DNA of 64,000 bases from Candidatus Nealsonbacteria bacterium. Its GTDB lineage: Bacteria; Patescibacteriota; Minisyncoccia; Minisyncoccales; PWPS01. Positions 55,104 through 63,814 of this stretch are shown here, piece by piece (the first letter of the stretch is position 1; each line of letters begins with the position of its first letter). The position numbers were made by a program, and so were the translations under genes. Location: assembly GCA_003555075.1 (NCBI GenBank), contig PWHW01000006.1:14728-78727 (forward strand), given 5' to 3'. The notes beneath the pieces are model-generated. The model was given only the letters and a program-made list of their open reading frames with translations, did no database searches and was not told where the DNA came from.

Positions 55104-55724
55104 TTATCTTTGCGTGTCAACACACTTCTCTTTTTCAGAATGGAAGAAGAAAAAGGGAAATATTATATCGCTTAAACAGCAAGGAATTATTACCGCTACA
55201 AATACCACAAAGAACGCCCCAAGAAAATAGCTCAAACTGAATACTGCGGCAAAAGCGAGAAGATAGAAGATGCTGGCAAACACGGAAAGAAAAACATGCA
55301 AAAAGTGAGGATATTTGGTGATCTTCGTAGTTACGCCCAATATACTCCCAAATAGCGCCATGGAAAGAACGGGAAGAGTTTCTTCAATTAAGGGAAGATG
55401 AAAATGGATTTCCGTGCCAAGCAGGTTCCATCCAAGATAAGGAAAAATAATATCGCTAATACTTCCAATGATCACCGCTCCGGAAATCCCCACAGCCATG
55501 GAAAGAGAAAAGGAGGGTTTCCATTTGTAGAAAATGCCCGCGGTTACCATTCCGGAAACTATCACGTGCAAAAAATGAAACAAATGAAAAACATCCTCGG
55601 AGACACCTTTTTCCATAAAATAAACCAAGAACATTACCACTGAAACAGCAACAAATGTTGCAAGCGCAGCAAAGGGGACGTGTTCCTTTAATTCAAACAA
55701 CAACTTCTCTCTTTTTTCTTTCAT
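55104..55724 (-). CDS. Polytopic membrane protein with His-rich TM segments (possible metal transporter)
   Basis: About 6 TM segments, with motifs HLFHFLHVIVSG, HFHLP, HFLHVF and CC near the C-terminus. The family was not recognised. Confidence 0.5.
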   Translation of the reverse strand: MKEKREKLLFELKEHVPFAALATFVAVSVVMFLVYFMEKGVSEDVFHLFHFLHVIVSGMVTAGIFYKWKPSFSLSMAVGISGAVIIGSISDIIFPYLGWNLLGTEIHFHLPLIEETLPVLSMALFGSILGVTTKITKYPHFLHVFLSVFASIFYLLAFAAVFSLSYFLGAFFVVFVAVIIPCCLSDIIFPFFFFHSEKEKCVDTQR

Positions 55725-55813
55725 TTGGACAATCTTTGATAATTAATAAAACATAACCCACCTTCATCTGGGAGAAGGTGGTTCTAAAAAATAACAAACC
55801 AAAAGCAATCTTC

Positions 55814-56488
55814 TTAAAAAGCGGGTATATCGTTCATTTCAATATGAGGAGGAAGCTGAAACTCCTCGTCCGAGACATCCTCAAACTCAATATTACTCAC
55901 CTCTATAAGCATCACTTCTCCATTCTTCTCTGCCTCCATTGCTATGGGCAAACCATGATCCTCCCATATCCACATGGACAACCTCATGTCGCTATGTCCA
56001 TATTCCACAACAAAGCAATCTTTTCCATTTATGACCTCGGTTCCCGTTACAATGGGGTCAAGATCCAAAAGATCCGCTACCTGATCCTTTATGGACCCCT
56101 TTTTCAACTTTTCTACCTCTCCAAGTCCCACTTGAGTAGCTGCTTCTTGCTCGGGAAGATAAGCAATATAAGAGTTTTCCTCTTTATCCATTAGGATCAC
56201 GACTTCTTCTCCTTCCGCTATTTCTTCTATTACTCCCTGTACCCTAATGTTGCTTCCTTCTTGCATGAAGATCGCCATAATAGTCCTCTCTTCCGTTTCC
56301 ATCGTGACCTCATAGGTCAGAGAATCAATCTCCTCCGCTTGTGCCAGAATCTCCGCAAGCTCTTTTTCATCATTTTCCTCTTCCGGCACCTCTTCCTCCA
56401 AGCCGTCTCCCAAGAAGAACCATGTTCCCACGCAAACGATAAGTAGTGCAATCAAGATTATGATTATGTTTCTCATGAAATTATTCAA
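55814..56488 (-). CDS. N-terminally anchored acidic protein, possible LolA-like fold
   Basis: Signal-anchor segment. C-terminal pattern GKDCFVVEY...MWIWEDHGLPIAME...NIEFEDVSDEEFQLP. Confidence 0.5.
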   Translation of the reverse strand: MNNFMRNIIIILIALLIVCVGTWFFLGDGLEEEVPEEENDEKELAEILAQAEEIDSLTYEVTMETEERTIMAIFMQEGSNIRVQGVIEEIAEGEEVVILMDKEENSYIAYLPEQEAATQVGLGEVEKLKKGSIKDQVADLLDLDPIVTGTEVINGKDCFVVEYGHSDMRLSMWIWEDHGLPIAMEAEKNGEVMLIEVSNIEFEDVSDEEFQLPPHIEMNDIPAF

Positions 56489-56494
56489 TTATCT

Positions 56495-57031
56495 TCATTT
56501 CTCAAATAAAAGCACTTCTATCTTTTGTACATTTTCTCCTCTTTCTTCTTTCGTATATATCCTTACACGTAAATCACCTTCATAACCTTCTTCTTCCATT
56601 TTTCCAAGCAGCTTAAGTTCATAATAATCATCTTTTCCACCCACTCCTTCTATATTATAACCCTCTTTCATTTCAACAAGCCCCTTTATTCGGGAAGCAT
56701 CATCATTTGTGATAGGTCTTTTCACTACGTAAGAGAGCAAGGTCATATCTCCCGTATCGGTAAGCTTGGGTTCCCCTTCAAAGACTTTTTCCAAGATCTC
56801 TCGGAAATCATTGTCCAAAGCAGTAGCCAAACCTTCTTCGGGGGAAACTTCTTCCGCCCCCTTGTAATAATCTTTTCTTTCTATCTTCTCTTCCTCTTCC
56901 GGTGACACAATATCTTCCTCTTTCTCTTTGGAGGGTTCCCCGTCTTCCGCTTCCATTTGAAAATAGTAATACCAACCACCCGCCAGCAAAAGCACTGCTC
57001 CTAAAGCAATTATCAATATTTTTTCCCTCAT
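56495..57031 (-). CDS. N-terminally anchored acidic protein, unknown function
   Basis: Single N-terminal TM segment (ILIIALGAVLLLAGGWYYYF) followed by an E-rich spacer and a small domain. Confidence 0.5.
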   Translation of the reverse strand: MREKILIIALGAVLLLAGGWYYYFQMEAEDGEPSKEKEEDIVSPEEEEKIERKDYYKGAEEVSPEEGLATALDNDFREILEKVFEGEPKLTDTGDMTLLSYVVKRPITNDDASRIKGLVEMKEGYNIEGVGGKDDYYELKLLGKMEEEGYEGDLRVRIYTKEERGENVQKIEVLLFEK

Positions 57032-57042
57032 AGATCAGTAGT

Positions 57043-57399
57043 TTAAATTTTGAGATTCTTGGCGTATTGCCCTATAAGAGGAAGTTCTTTCTTTTCTCCC
57101 TTGAATACATTAATCAAACCTATAATGGCAAGAATAAGGCAGAACAAGCTCACAAGAGGAGCAAGTATCCATCCCAAAAACGGAATAGCACCTATGAACA
57201 TGCCTATTATCCCCACAATGAAAAGCACCAACCCTTGCTTGGCGTGAAACTGGGCAAAATCATCATCTTTAGCCGCCAAAAGAGGCACCAAGAAAAGAAT
57301 CCACAAATAGCTTAGAATAGCCATTGCATTTATCTTTCCTGAACCCTCCGTTTTGTTTTCTTCGTTTTTTTCTTCTTGATTCTTATTTTCTTCAGTCAT
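57043..57399 (-). CDS. DUF4870-like small membrane protein
   Basis: AILSYLWILFLVPLLAAKDDDFAQFHAKQGLVLFIV, the typical motif with HAKQ. Confidence 0.55.
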   Translation of the reverse strand: MTEENKNQEEKNEENKTEGSGKINAMAILSYLWILFLVPLLAAKDDDFAQFHAKQGLVLFIVGIIGMFIGAIPFLGWILAPLVSLFCLILAIIGLINVFKGEKKELPLIGQYAKNLKI

Positions 57400-57475
57400 A
57401 AATTAAATTTTACTTTTAAAAGCGACCTTTTTATTTTTTAAACACAAGCATACATTAAGGAAAACTAAAAAGCAA

Positions 57476-57970
57476 TTACAGATCGTCATGGAAGATACCC
57501 AGATGCCCTTCATACAATTCCACTACCAGAGAATCTCCTTTCTCATTTGCCAAGAAATATAAATGGCTTCCCTCTTCAAAAAGCTCTTCCTCTAACTCCC
57601 ACCCCTCATCTTTAAGATCTGAAATGTAAGAACTGCGTATTTCGTCAAGTTCTTCCTCGCTCTCAATAGAGTAGGTGGCTTGAAAACTATCTTCTGCGCT
57701 CACTTCCATTGTTTTTCTCAGTTTTACCTCGGGAAGCGGAACTCCGTGGATATCACTCTTTATCTTTCCCTCCTTCTCAACTCCTTCTTCCGGGAGAGAA
57801 ATCTCCACCCCCTCTTCTCTCATGGCCTCCTCAATATGCTCCACTACCGAATCCCCGTCAAGACTTTTGAGCTTCTCTCTTCCCCACCAAAATAAGGCTC
57901 CTCCTATGATCGCAACAACTAAAAAGAAAACCACCAATATGATAAGAAATATCTTAAGCCCTTTGCTCAT
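57476..57970 (-). CDS. N-terminally anchored acidic protein, unknown function
   Basis: Single N-terminal TM segment (IFLIILVVFFLVVAIIGGALFWW) followed by an acidic ectodomain. Confidence 0.5.
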   Translation of the reverse strand: MSKGLKIFLIILVVFFLVVAIIGGALFWWGREKLKSLDGDSVVEHIEEAMREEGVEISLPEEGVEKEGKIKSDIHGVPLPEVKLRKTMEVSAEDSFQATYSIESEEELDEIRSSYISDLKDEGWELEEELFEEGSHLYFLANEKGDSLVVELYEGHLGIFHDDL

Positions 57971-58149
57971 ATTATTGCATGCAACCCCTTAAGTAAAACC
58001 CGTCCTAAAATGGGACGGATACTCTTAAGCCGCAAGCTGTTATTATTTGTTAATACCACTCTTAATTCCGGTTTTCTCATCTTAAGTGAGAATGCCACTT
58101 AATGTTTATAAAGTCAATAGATTTTTGACTATCTCTCAATGTTGTTATA

Positions 58150-59391
58150 ATGAGCGGTATGACAGAAGTTTTTCCATTTTTCATAGTATTACTTGCCGGG
58201 CTTATATTTTCCCGAGTGTTTCGCAGCTTTCATGTTCCCTGGACAGTGGCTCTGATAGCATCGGGGCTGGCGATCGGACCCTACGGACTGCAACTTATAA
58301 CCCCCGATCCCACATTGGAATTCCTTAAGTATCTAGGCCTGGTGTTTTTGATGTTCATGGCGGGACTTGAGACCCGTTTTTCCGGTTTTCGAGAAGTATG
58401 GAAGGAATCTTCTTTCATAGGAACGATGACAGGACTCATTCCTTTTGCAATAGGAATCCTGATAGGGCATCTCCTCGGATACGAGAGCCATACCATTATC
58501 TTGCTTGGAATAGTTTTTATTTCCTCCTCCATTGCCATAGCGGTGCCCGTGCTGGAAAAGGAGAATCTCTTTCATTCTCGACTCGGCAAGACAATTGTTT
58601 CTTCCATTGTATTGCAAGATATAGCAAGTCTTGTTCTTCTTGCTGTAGTACTGCAGTACCTTACTCCCGGAATGTTGCCGTTTCCCATGTTCGTAACTCT
58701 CTTTGTTCTTACACTCTTCATAGTAGCTCTTGTGAGGTGGGGAGTACCTCGGCTTCGCAAGATATTTGAAAACAAAAAGAGAAGCATGGATCGTTTTGAG
58801 CGAGACCTAAGAATAACCTTCGTGGTACTGATAGGTACAGTCATCATGTTCGAAATAATCGGTTTGCATGCGATCGTAGGCGCCTTCCTTGCCGGCCTGA
58901 TATTATCCGAAATAATTCAAGAAAAGGCGCTAAAGGAAAAGATATACGTAATGGCCTACGGCCTTTTTATTCCCGTATTCTTTGTAATGATAGGAGTGGA
59001 CATCAACATAGAAGCATTTCTCGCTGCACAAAATATAGTACTTCTCGTATTAATAATTCTCTTGGGATCTATGTTGTCAAAGTTTGCAAGCGGATGGATC
59101 TCGGGCAAAATAGTGGGATTCACTTCTTTGCAATCAACTCTTGTGGGAGGAACATGCATACCTCAACTTTCCACAACCTTGGCGGTCATTACCATAGGAC
59201 AACAGTATAACCTACTTCCGGAAGAGCTGGTCACAACCCTTATCATCCTAAGCGTTGTAACCATATTTGTAAGCCCCTTGGCAGTGAACAGATCCGCGGA
59301 AAAAGTTAGAAAGAGCTATTTTGTTACCGATCCGGCAAAAGAAAATGATACGCCCAAAGAGACTCCAAAGGCGCCACCTTCTCCTCTCTAG
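58150..59391 (+). CDS. Cation:proton antiporter (CPA2/Kef-like membrane domain)
   Basis: About 12 TM segments, with motifs GLAIGPYGL and LMFMAGLETRF. The real start may be ATG 58159 (see finding). Confidence 0.8.
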   Translation: MSGMTEVFPFFIVLLAGLIFSRVFRSFHVPWTVALIASGLAIGPYGLQLITPDPTLEFLKYLGLVFLMFMAGLETRFSGFREVWKESSFIGTMTGLIPFAIGILIGHLLGYESHTIILLGIVFISSSIAIAVPVLEKENLFHSRLGKTIVSSIVLQDIASLVLLAVVLQYLTPGMLPFPMFVTLFVLTLFIVALVRWGVPRLRKIFENKKRSMDRFERDLRITFVVLIGTVIMFEIIGLHAIVGAFLAGLILSEIIQEKALKEKIYVMAYGLFIPVFFVMIGVDINIEAFLAAQNIVLLVLIILLGSMLSKFASGWISGKIVGFTSLQSTLVGGTCIPQLSTTLAVITIGQQYNLLPEELVTTLIILSVVTIFVSPLAVNRSAEKVRKSYFVTDPAKENDTPKETPKAPPSPL

Positions 59392-59433
59392 AGAGAAGAG
59401 AAAAGCAAGTTTTGAAAACCCTCTTTTTTTGAT

Positions 59434-59460
59434 TTGACATTTCATTTTAAATGTTATATC
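59434..59460 (+). promoter_or_regulatory. Candidate promoter of the TasA-like locus leader
   Basis: TTGACA (59434-59439), then either TATATC at a 15-nt spacing or TATCAA at a 17-nt spacing. Confidence 0.45.
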
Positions 59461-59655
59461 AATTAATCAGAAATGAATGCACCGCCATCTGGTAACAAAG
59501 AAGAATCCTTAAAAATAAAAAGTCTTTGTTGGAGGGGTGCTTTTTTTATTTCAAAAGAAGCAAGTGGAGCACAAATAGGACACATAGGACAAAAAGTGTG
59601 TCCCATTTGTGCTTCAATAGGAAGCACAAAAGGTCGTCAATTGTAATTGATCTTT

Positions 59656-59679
59656 ACCTACCTATGCCTATAGGTAGGT
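59656..59679 (+). promoter_or_regulatory. Perfect 10-bp hairpin/palindrome just upstream of an AAGGAGG box
   Basis: ACCTACCTAT-GCCT-ATAGGTAGGT. No T-run follows on either strand. Confidence 0.5.
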
Positions 59680-59735
59680 CATAAAAAGGAGGAAAAAGGT
59701 CGAAAAAGTGAATTATCAACTTAAAAAAAGAATTT

Positions 59736-60983
59736 ATGAACAAAAAAATATTACTTAGCCTAATTACAATTTTTGCCGTTGCGGCCGTTGTTGGTGGAAT
59801 GACTTGGGCGCAATGGACTGCGGAGACGGAAGTGCAAGGTAGCACCATTATGACGGGAGATGCGGATTTGCAGCTTAGTACTCCTGACTGGAACAACTGG
59901 TATAGCACAATTGATAAAAACACCCCTTCTGGAGGAGAAGGAGTAGATTTACTTGGCTCTGAAGATATCTATCCTGGATGGAGCATAGCTCACGATGTTG
60001 ACATCAAAAACTCCAGCTCATCCGACATTACAATGGCGCTTACTGCCGGATTGGAGTTTGAAAGTACAGATGATTCAGCAGACCTCAGAAATGTTCTTGA
60101 AATGAAAATATACAACGACGAGCAAGGAGTAGAAACAGATAGTAAAACTCTTAGAGAGTGGAGAAGTGAAGAAGAATATATAGGAGCTTTAGGTCAAGAT
60201 GAAATTAGTGAGCTAATGGTTGAATTCAGTTTTCCTTCAGATGGTGATCAAGACGATCTTCAAAACGAAGAAATTTCTGATTTTGATTTAGTTTTTGACG
60301 GCGTTCAGATAACTGAAAATGTCTTGAATGTGAATACCGGCCAAGAAAATAGTACCATAGAATATGCACTTGGTAATGCCAATGAAGGAGATACTCTTGT
60401 AGTTTCTGCGGGAACATATGAGGAGAATGTAACAATTGACGTTGACGGACTTACCCTTAAATCCGCATCCAAGCATCAAGCGGTTATTGAGGGAGGCGTC
60501 GATGTTGAAGCAAGCGATGTGACGATTGAAGGGTTTAAGATAATTTCCGACGGAGTTGCTATTCATGTTGATGATGATGTAGTAACAAATGGACTTACTG
60601 TAAGAAATAATGAGATTATTTCTGACGGACACGGCATTCGAACTCATTGGCAACAATTTGATGAAAACGAAAACATAAAAAATCTTGAAATTACTGGCAA
60701 CAAATTCTTTGGTGGTGACAGCAGCGATGGTGGAAATCAAGGGGTTTATTTGCAGGTTAAGTTGGCTGAAGATACTGTTGTAAGTGATAATTACTTTGAT
60801 GGAAAGTATAATGGCATTAATATTGGGCATTCTAGTGCTGGGGTTGAAGATCATATTGAATTAGAAAGAAATACTGCAGTGAATTATGGTGGAGACAATC
60901 CGATTGCTGCATGGGTAAGATCGGGCATTGCTGACTATAATGTTGGAGATAATGACCCCGAAGCCCATATTGGGACATATTAA
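59736..60983 (+). CDS. Secreted TasA/camelysin-like N-domain fused to a right-handed beta-helix domain (SipW-type signal peptide)
   Basis: N-terminus KKILLSLITIFAVAAVVGGMTWAQWTAETEVQGSTIMTGDADLQL resembles the TasA signal and mature N-terminus. C-terminal beta-helix motifs are GDTLVVSAGTYEENVTIDVDGLTLKS with repeated V/I-x-G turns. Confidence 0.7.
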   Translation: MNKKILLSLITIFAVAAVVGGMTWAQWTAETEVQGSTIMTGDADLQLSTPDWNNWYSTIDKNTPSGGEGVDLLGSEDIYPGWSIAHDVDIKNSSSSDITMALTAGLEFESTDDSADLRNVLEMKIYNDEQGVETDSKTLREWRSEEEYIGALGQDEISELMVEFSFPSDGDQDDLQNEEISDFDLVFDGVQITENVLNVNTGQENSTIEYALGNANEGDTLVVSAGTYEENVTIDVDGLTLKSASKHQAVIEGGVDVEASDVTIEGFKIISDGVAIHVDDDVVTNGLTVRNNEIISDGHGIRTHWQQFDENENIKNLEITGNKFFGGDSSDGGNQGVYLQVKLAEDTVVSDNYFDGKYNGINIGHSSAGVEDHIELERNTAVNYGGDNPIAAWVRSGIADYNVGDNDPEAHIGTY

Positions 60984-60992
60984 ACCCTTTTC

Positions 60993-61020
60993 GTCTCCCG
61001 CTACATTGGTAGCGGGGGAC
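60993..61020 (+). promoter_or_regulatory. Intercistronic stem-loop between the first TasA-like gene and sipW
   Basis: 11-bp stem GTCTCCCGCTA/TAGCGGGGGAC (one G-U pair) with a 6-nt loop and only a weak T tail. It may be a partial terminator or an mRNA-stability element. Confidence 0.45.
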
Positions 61021-61037
61021 TGTAAAGCGTTTAATTT

Positions 61038-61547
61038 ATGAAAAGCAGTTTTAAAAAATACTTATCTTATTTTGTTTACGGAGTTCTTTTTCTCCTTATT
61101 ATATTTTTCTTGGGCTCCGCTATTCCCGCATTTAATTACAACATAATGACAGTTATCTCGGGTTCTATGGAGCCGACCTTAAAACTGGGAAGCGTGGTGG
61201 TAACAAGCCCTGTGGAAAACTATAAGGTAGGAGATATCATTACCTTTAGAACCGGCGGAGAAGGAACACCTCCGACAACGCATAGAATAGAGGATGTAAG
61301 GGTGGAAGAAGGAGAAATGATCTATATCACCAAAGGAGATGCAAACCCAACAGAAGACATGACCGAAACAAGAGAAGAGAATATTATGGGAAAAGCGCTC
61401 TTTAGTGTTCCTTATTTGGGCCATTTGGTGGATTTTGTGAAAACGCCCATTGGATTTGGTGTTTTGGTTATAATCCCCGCGCTTTTAATTATCGGAGACG
61501 AGGTTAAGAAAATTTTCCAAAATATTGCGCAAAAAGATGAAACCTGA
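61038..61547 (+). CDS. sipW: Signal peptidase I, SipW/archaeal-ER type (S26B)
   Basis: N-terminal TM segment. Motifs VISGSMEPTLKLGSVVV, GDIITF, PPTTHRIEDV (His instead of Lys) and ITKGDANPTED. C-terminal TM segment. Confidence 0.85.
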   Translation: MKSSFKKYLSYFVYGVLFLLIIFFLGSAIPAFNYNIMTVISGSMEPTLKLGSVVVTSPVENYKVGDIITFRTGGEGTPPTTHRIEDVRVEEGEMIYITKGDANPTEDMTETREENIMGKALFSVPYLGHLVDFVKTPIGFGVLVIIPALLIIGDEVKKIFQNIAQKDET

Positions 61548-62505
61548 TTTTCAAAAAATTTGCTTGTCGCTCTTAATCCTTCTAATGGTAGGCTTCTTTT
61601 CTGTAAGCAGTACTCAAGCCTACTTTACCGACAAAACGGAGGTTTTGGGAAATACACTTTCTACGGGAACATTGGAATTTGATATTAATGCCCAAGACTG
61701 GGAACCGGGTAATAAACTAGATCCTGAAAAAGAAATTACAAGGGAGGTGAATATAGAAAATACAGGCAGCTTGGATTTTAAATATGAGATGGGCATAGAT
61801 ATTATTGATGATGAAGATGATTTCTGTGATGAGTTTACTTTGAGAGTAAAACTGGAAGACGATAAAAAATATAATGGAGATTTTACGGAATTTGATTCTT
61901 TTTCTTCAGAGATTGAGAGCGAAGAAGAGGAAAATTGGGAATTTGAGCTTTCAAGAGGTTCTTCCGATCTTTCCGGTGTTAATTGCGACTTTGATATTGT
62001 CTTTGATGCGTGGCAGAAAGATTTAAGCAAAAACGAAGGGTTTACCTATTCTGGTGATTTTAGTAATAAGATAGAAAACTGCAAAGAGGAAGAAGAAAAC
62101 GAGAATAATGAAGAAGGGAAAAATAGTGACGAGAACGAGGATAAGGACAAAGATGATGAGAGCACGGAGGATGACAATGGTGATGATGGTGGTAATAACA
62201 ATAATAATAGTAATGAAGTAGTAGAGGACAATAACGATAACGATGATACAGAAAATAACTCTGATGAGGAGAATGACTATGACAATAACAACGACATAGA
62301 TGGAGGTTCCCATAACACAGAGGATGATTCTGAAAGTGATGACGATGACAGTAACGGTAACAATAACAATGGCGATGATGGAGAGAACAATAATAACCAA
62401 GAGGATTCAGGTGGCGAAGCCAACGGCGGTGAAAGTAATGACAATGATGGAGATGGTAATAACGGAGATGAGGCGGGGGATGACGATAATAGCGATGAAG
62501 AATAA
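61537..62505 (+). CDS. TasA/camelysin-like secreted protein with SipW-type signal and long polyanionic D/N/G/E tail
   Basis: SVSSTQAYFTDKTEVLGNTLSTGTLEFDI carries the AYFxD...GN...G-T-L signature. A beta-sandwich-like region follows, then about 135 aa of D/N/E/G low complexity. The ATG at 61537 overlaps the sipW end. Confidence 0.75.
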   Translation: MKPDFQKICLSLLILLMVGFFSVSSTQAYFTDKTEVLGNTLSTGTLEFDINAQDWEPGNKLDPEKEITREVNIENTGSLDFKYEMGIDIIDDEDDFCDEFTLRVKLEDDKKYNGDFTEFDSFSSEIESEEEENWEFELSRGSSDLSGVNCDFDIVFDAWQKDLSKNEGFTYSGDFSNKIENCKEEEENENNEEGKNSDENEDKDKDDESTEDDNGDDGGNNNNNSNEVVEDNNDNDDTENNSDEENDYDNNNDIDGGSHNTEDDSESDDDDSNGNNNNGDDGENNNNQEDSGGEANGGESNDNDGDGNNGDEAGDDDNSDEE

Positions 62506-62508
62506 AAT

Positions 62509-63765
62509 ATGCGAAATTTGTTAAAAAACCTTCTGGTATTTATCTTTATTGCTCTTTTTCTGGGAGCACCCGCCCTGTCTTTGGCGGACAATGGAAAGCT
62601 TGAAGTTGAAGCCGAAAGACCCTTGTTTGATGTGGAAAACTTTTTTCCGGGAAAAAGTGAGTCTTCGGAAGTAAAAATAGGCAATAATACGGAAGAGGAG
62701 GCTAATATAAAAATAGAAACAAGAAATACTGACAACCATGGACTTGCCTCTTCTTTGGGATTTTCCGTTACAAGAGAGGGCGAGAAGATAGGTTGTGAGA
62801 CCGTAAGCAGTTTATACTCTGAAAATAACGGATGGTGTGATATTGGAGCGCTTGATTCGGGAGAAAACAAGGATTTCGAGTTTGAAATAACCTTCTTGCA
62901 AGACTCGGAAAATGAATATCAAAACGAAATTATTGAATTTGATATTGCAATAGGACTTTTCTTGGATAGCGAGGAGGAAGAGGAGGAGGAAGAAGAAGAG
63001 GAGGAAGAAGAGCCGGAAGAGGAGATTGAGCTTCCCGCGGGAACAGCAAGAGCAGAAGAGCATGAGCCTTTGCAGATATTTGATGAACAATTACGATCCC
63101 TTTTTGAAACGGAAGCGCTGATCATCTGGAGTACCAATCACCCCTCTCCGGGGAAGATAATTTACGGAACTTCTTCCAGAGTTTTTGACTTTGAAGAAGG
63201 ACCCCCTTCCTACGGATATGAATTTTATAAAGAAAGAGAAGAAGAGAGCACTTTTCACGAAATGACTTTGGAAGATCTTTCTCCGGAAACCACATACTAT
63301 TACAGAATTGTCGCTTACTCCTCCGATCCGACGATCACCAGAGAATATTCCTTTACAACCCCGGAAGAAACCGAAGAACCGGAACCAGTTCCCGATCCGG
63401 ACCCCGATCTCCCTGTCTATCCCGATCCGGAGGAAGCAGACCCCGCACCCGAACCCGATATTGACCCCACCATTTTTGAAACCCAAGAAGAATGTGAGGA
63501 AGCAGGTTTTTACTGGTATGAGGGAGTCTGCCACCATCTGCCGGAAGAAGAGGAAGAAGACGAGGATGAAAGAGAGGTGGTAGCTTTAGAGAGAGTTGTC
63601 CCGGAAGAGGAGGATACTTTCATAAACAACCTGCTTGCCGCTCTGGGAATAGCCCCCCTTCCCGCTTTGAATGTCTTGCTACTCCTTCTCTCACTGATCG
63701 TATTCTCTCTGCTTGTTTTGTGGATCTTTGAAAAAAGAAGGCAAAAAAGGATGGTTGCCAGCTGA
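62509..63765 (+). CDS. Secreted, C-terminally anchored protein: TasA-like sandwich, poly-Glu, FN3-like domain, P/D/E spacer and TM anchor
   Basis: Sec-type signal (ALFLGAPALSLAD). Motifs FFPGKSESSEVKIGNNT, a poly-E tract, LSPETTYYYRIVAYS, PEPVPDPDPDLPVYPDPEE and the C-terminal LLLLLSLIVFSLLVLWIFEKRRQKR. Confidence 0.7.
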   Translation: MRNLLKNLLVFIFIALFLGAPALSLADNGKLEVEAERPLFDVENFFPGKSESSEVKIGNNTEEEANIKIETRNTDNHGLASSLGFSVTREGEKIGCETVSSLYSENNGWCDIGALDSGENKDFEFEITFLQDSENEYQNEIIEFDIAIGLFLDSEEEEEEEEEEEEEEPEEEIELPAGTARAEEHEPLQIFDEQLRSLFETEALIIWSTNHPSPGKIIYGTSSRVFDFEEGPPSYGYEFYKEREEESTFHEMTLEDLSPETTYYYRIVAYSSDPTITREYSFTTPEETEEPEPVPDPDPDLPVYPDPEEADPAPEPDIDPTIFETQEECEEAGFYWYEGVCHHLPEEEEEDEDEREVVALERVVPEEEDTFINNLLAALGIAPLPALNVLLLLLSLIVFSLLVLWIFEKRRQKRMVAS

Positions 63766-63814
63766 TTTACCCACCCCCGGAATTGTAGTAAAATAAGGTA
63801 ACCTGACCCTGCTT

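Noticed and set aside
59473-59646. A 57-aa ORF in the TasA-locus leader, considered as a bacteriocin or RiPP precursor (Cys-containing C-terminus).
   Set aside because: It has no SD, whereas other small genes here have strong ones. It overlaps extensive RNA secondary structure, and no modifying enzyme is adjacent. I kept it only as a note within the leader finding.
62023-62870. Minus-strand ORFs (125 aa and 197 aa) with striking poly-I/V/T or S/L-rich sequence.
   Set aside because: They are the antisense reading of the D/N/E-rich tail and of the start of the next gene, so they are compositional artefacts.
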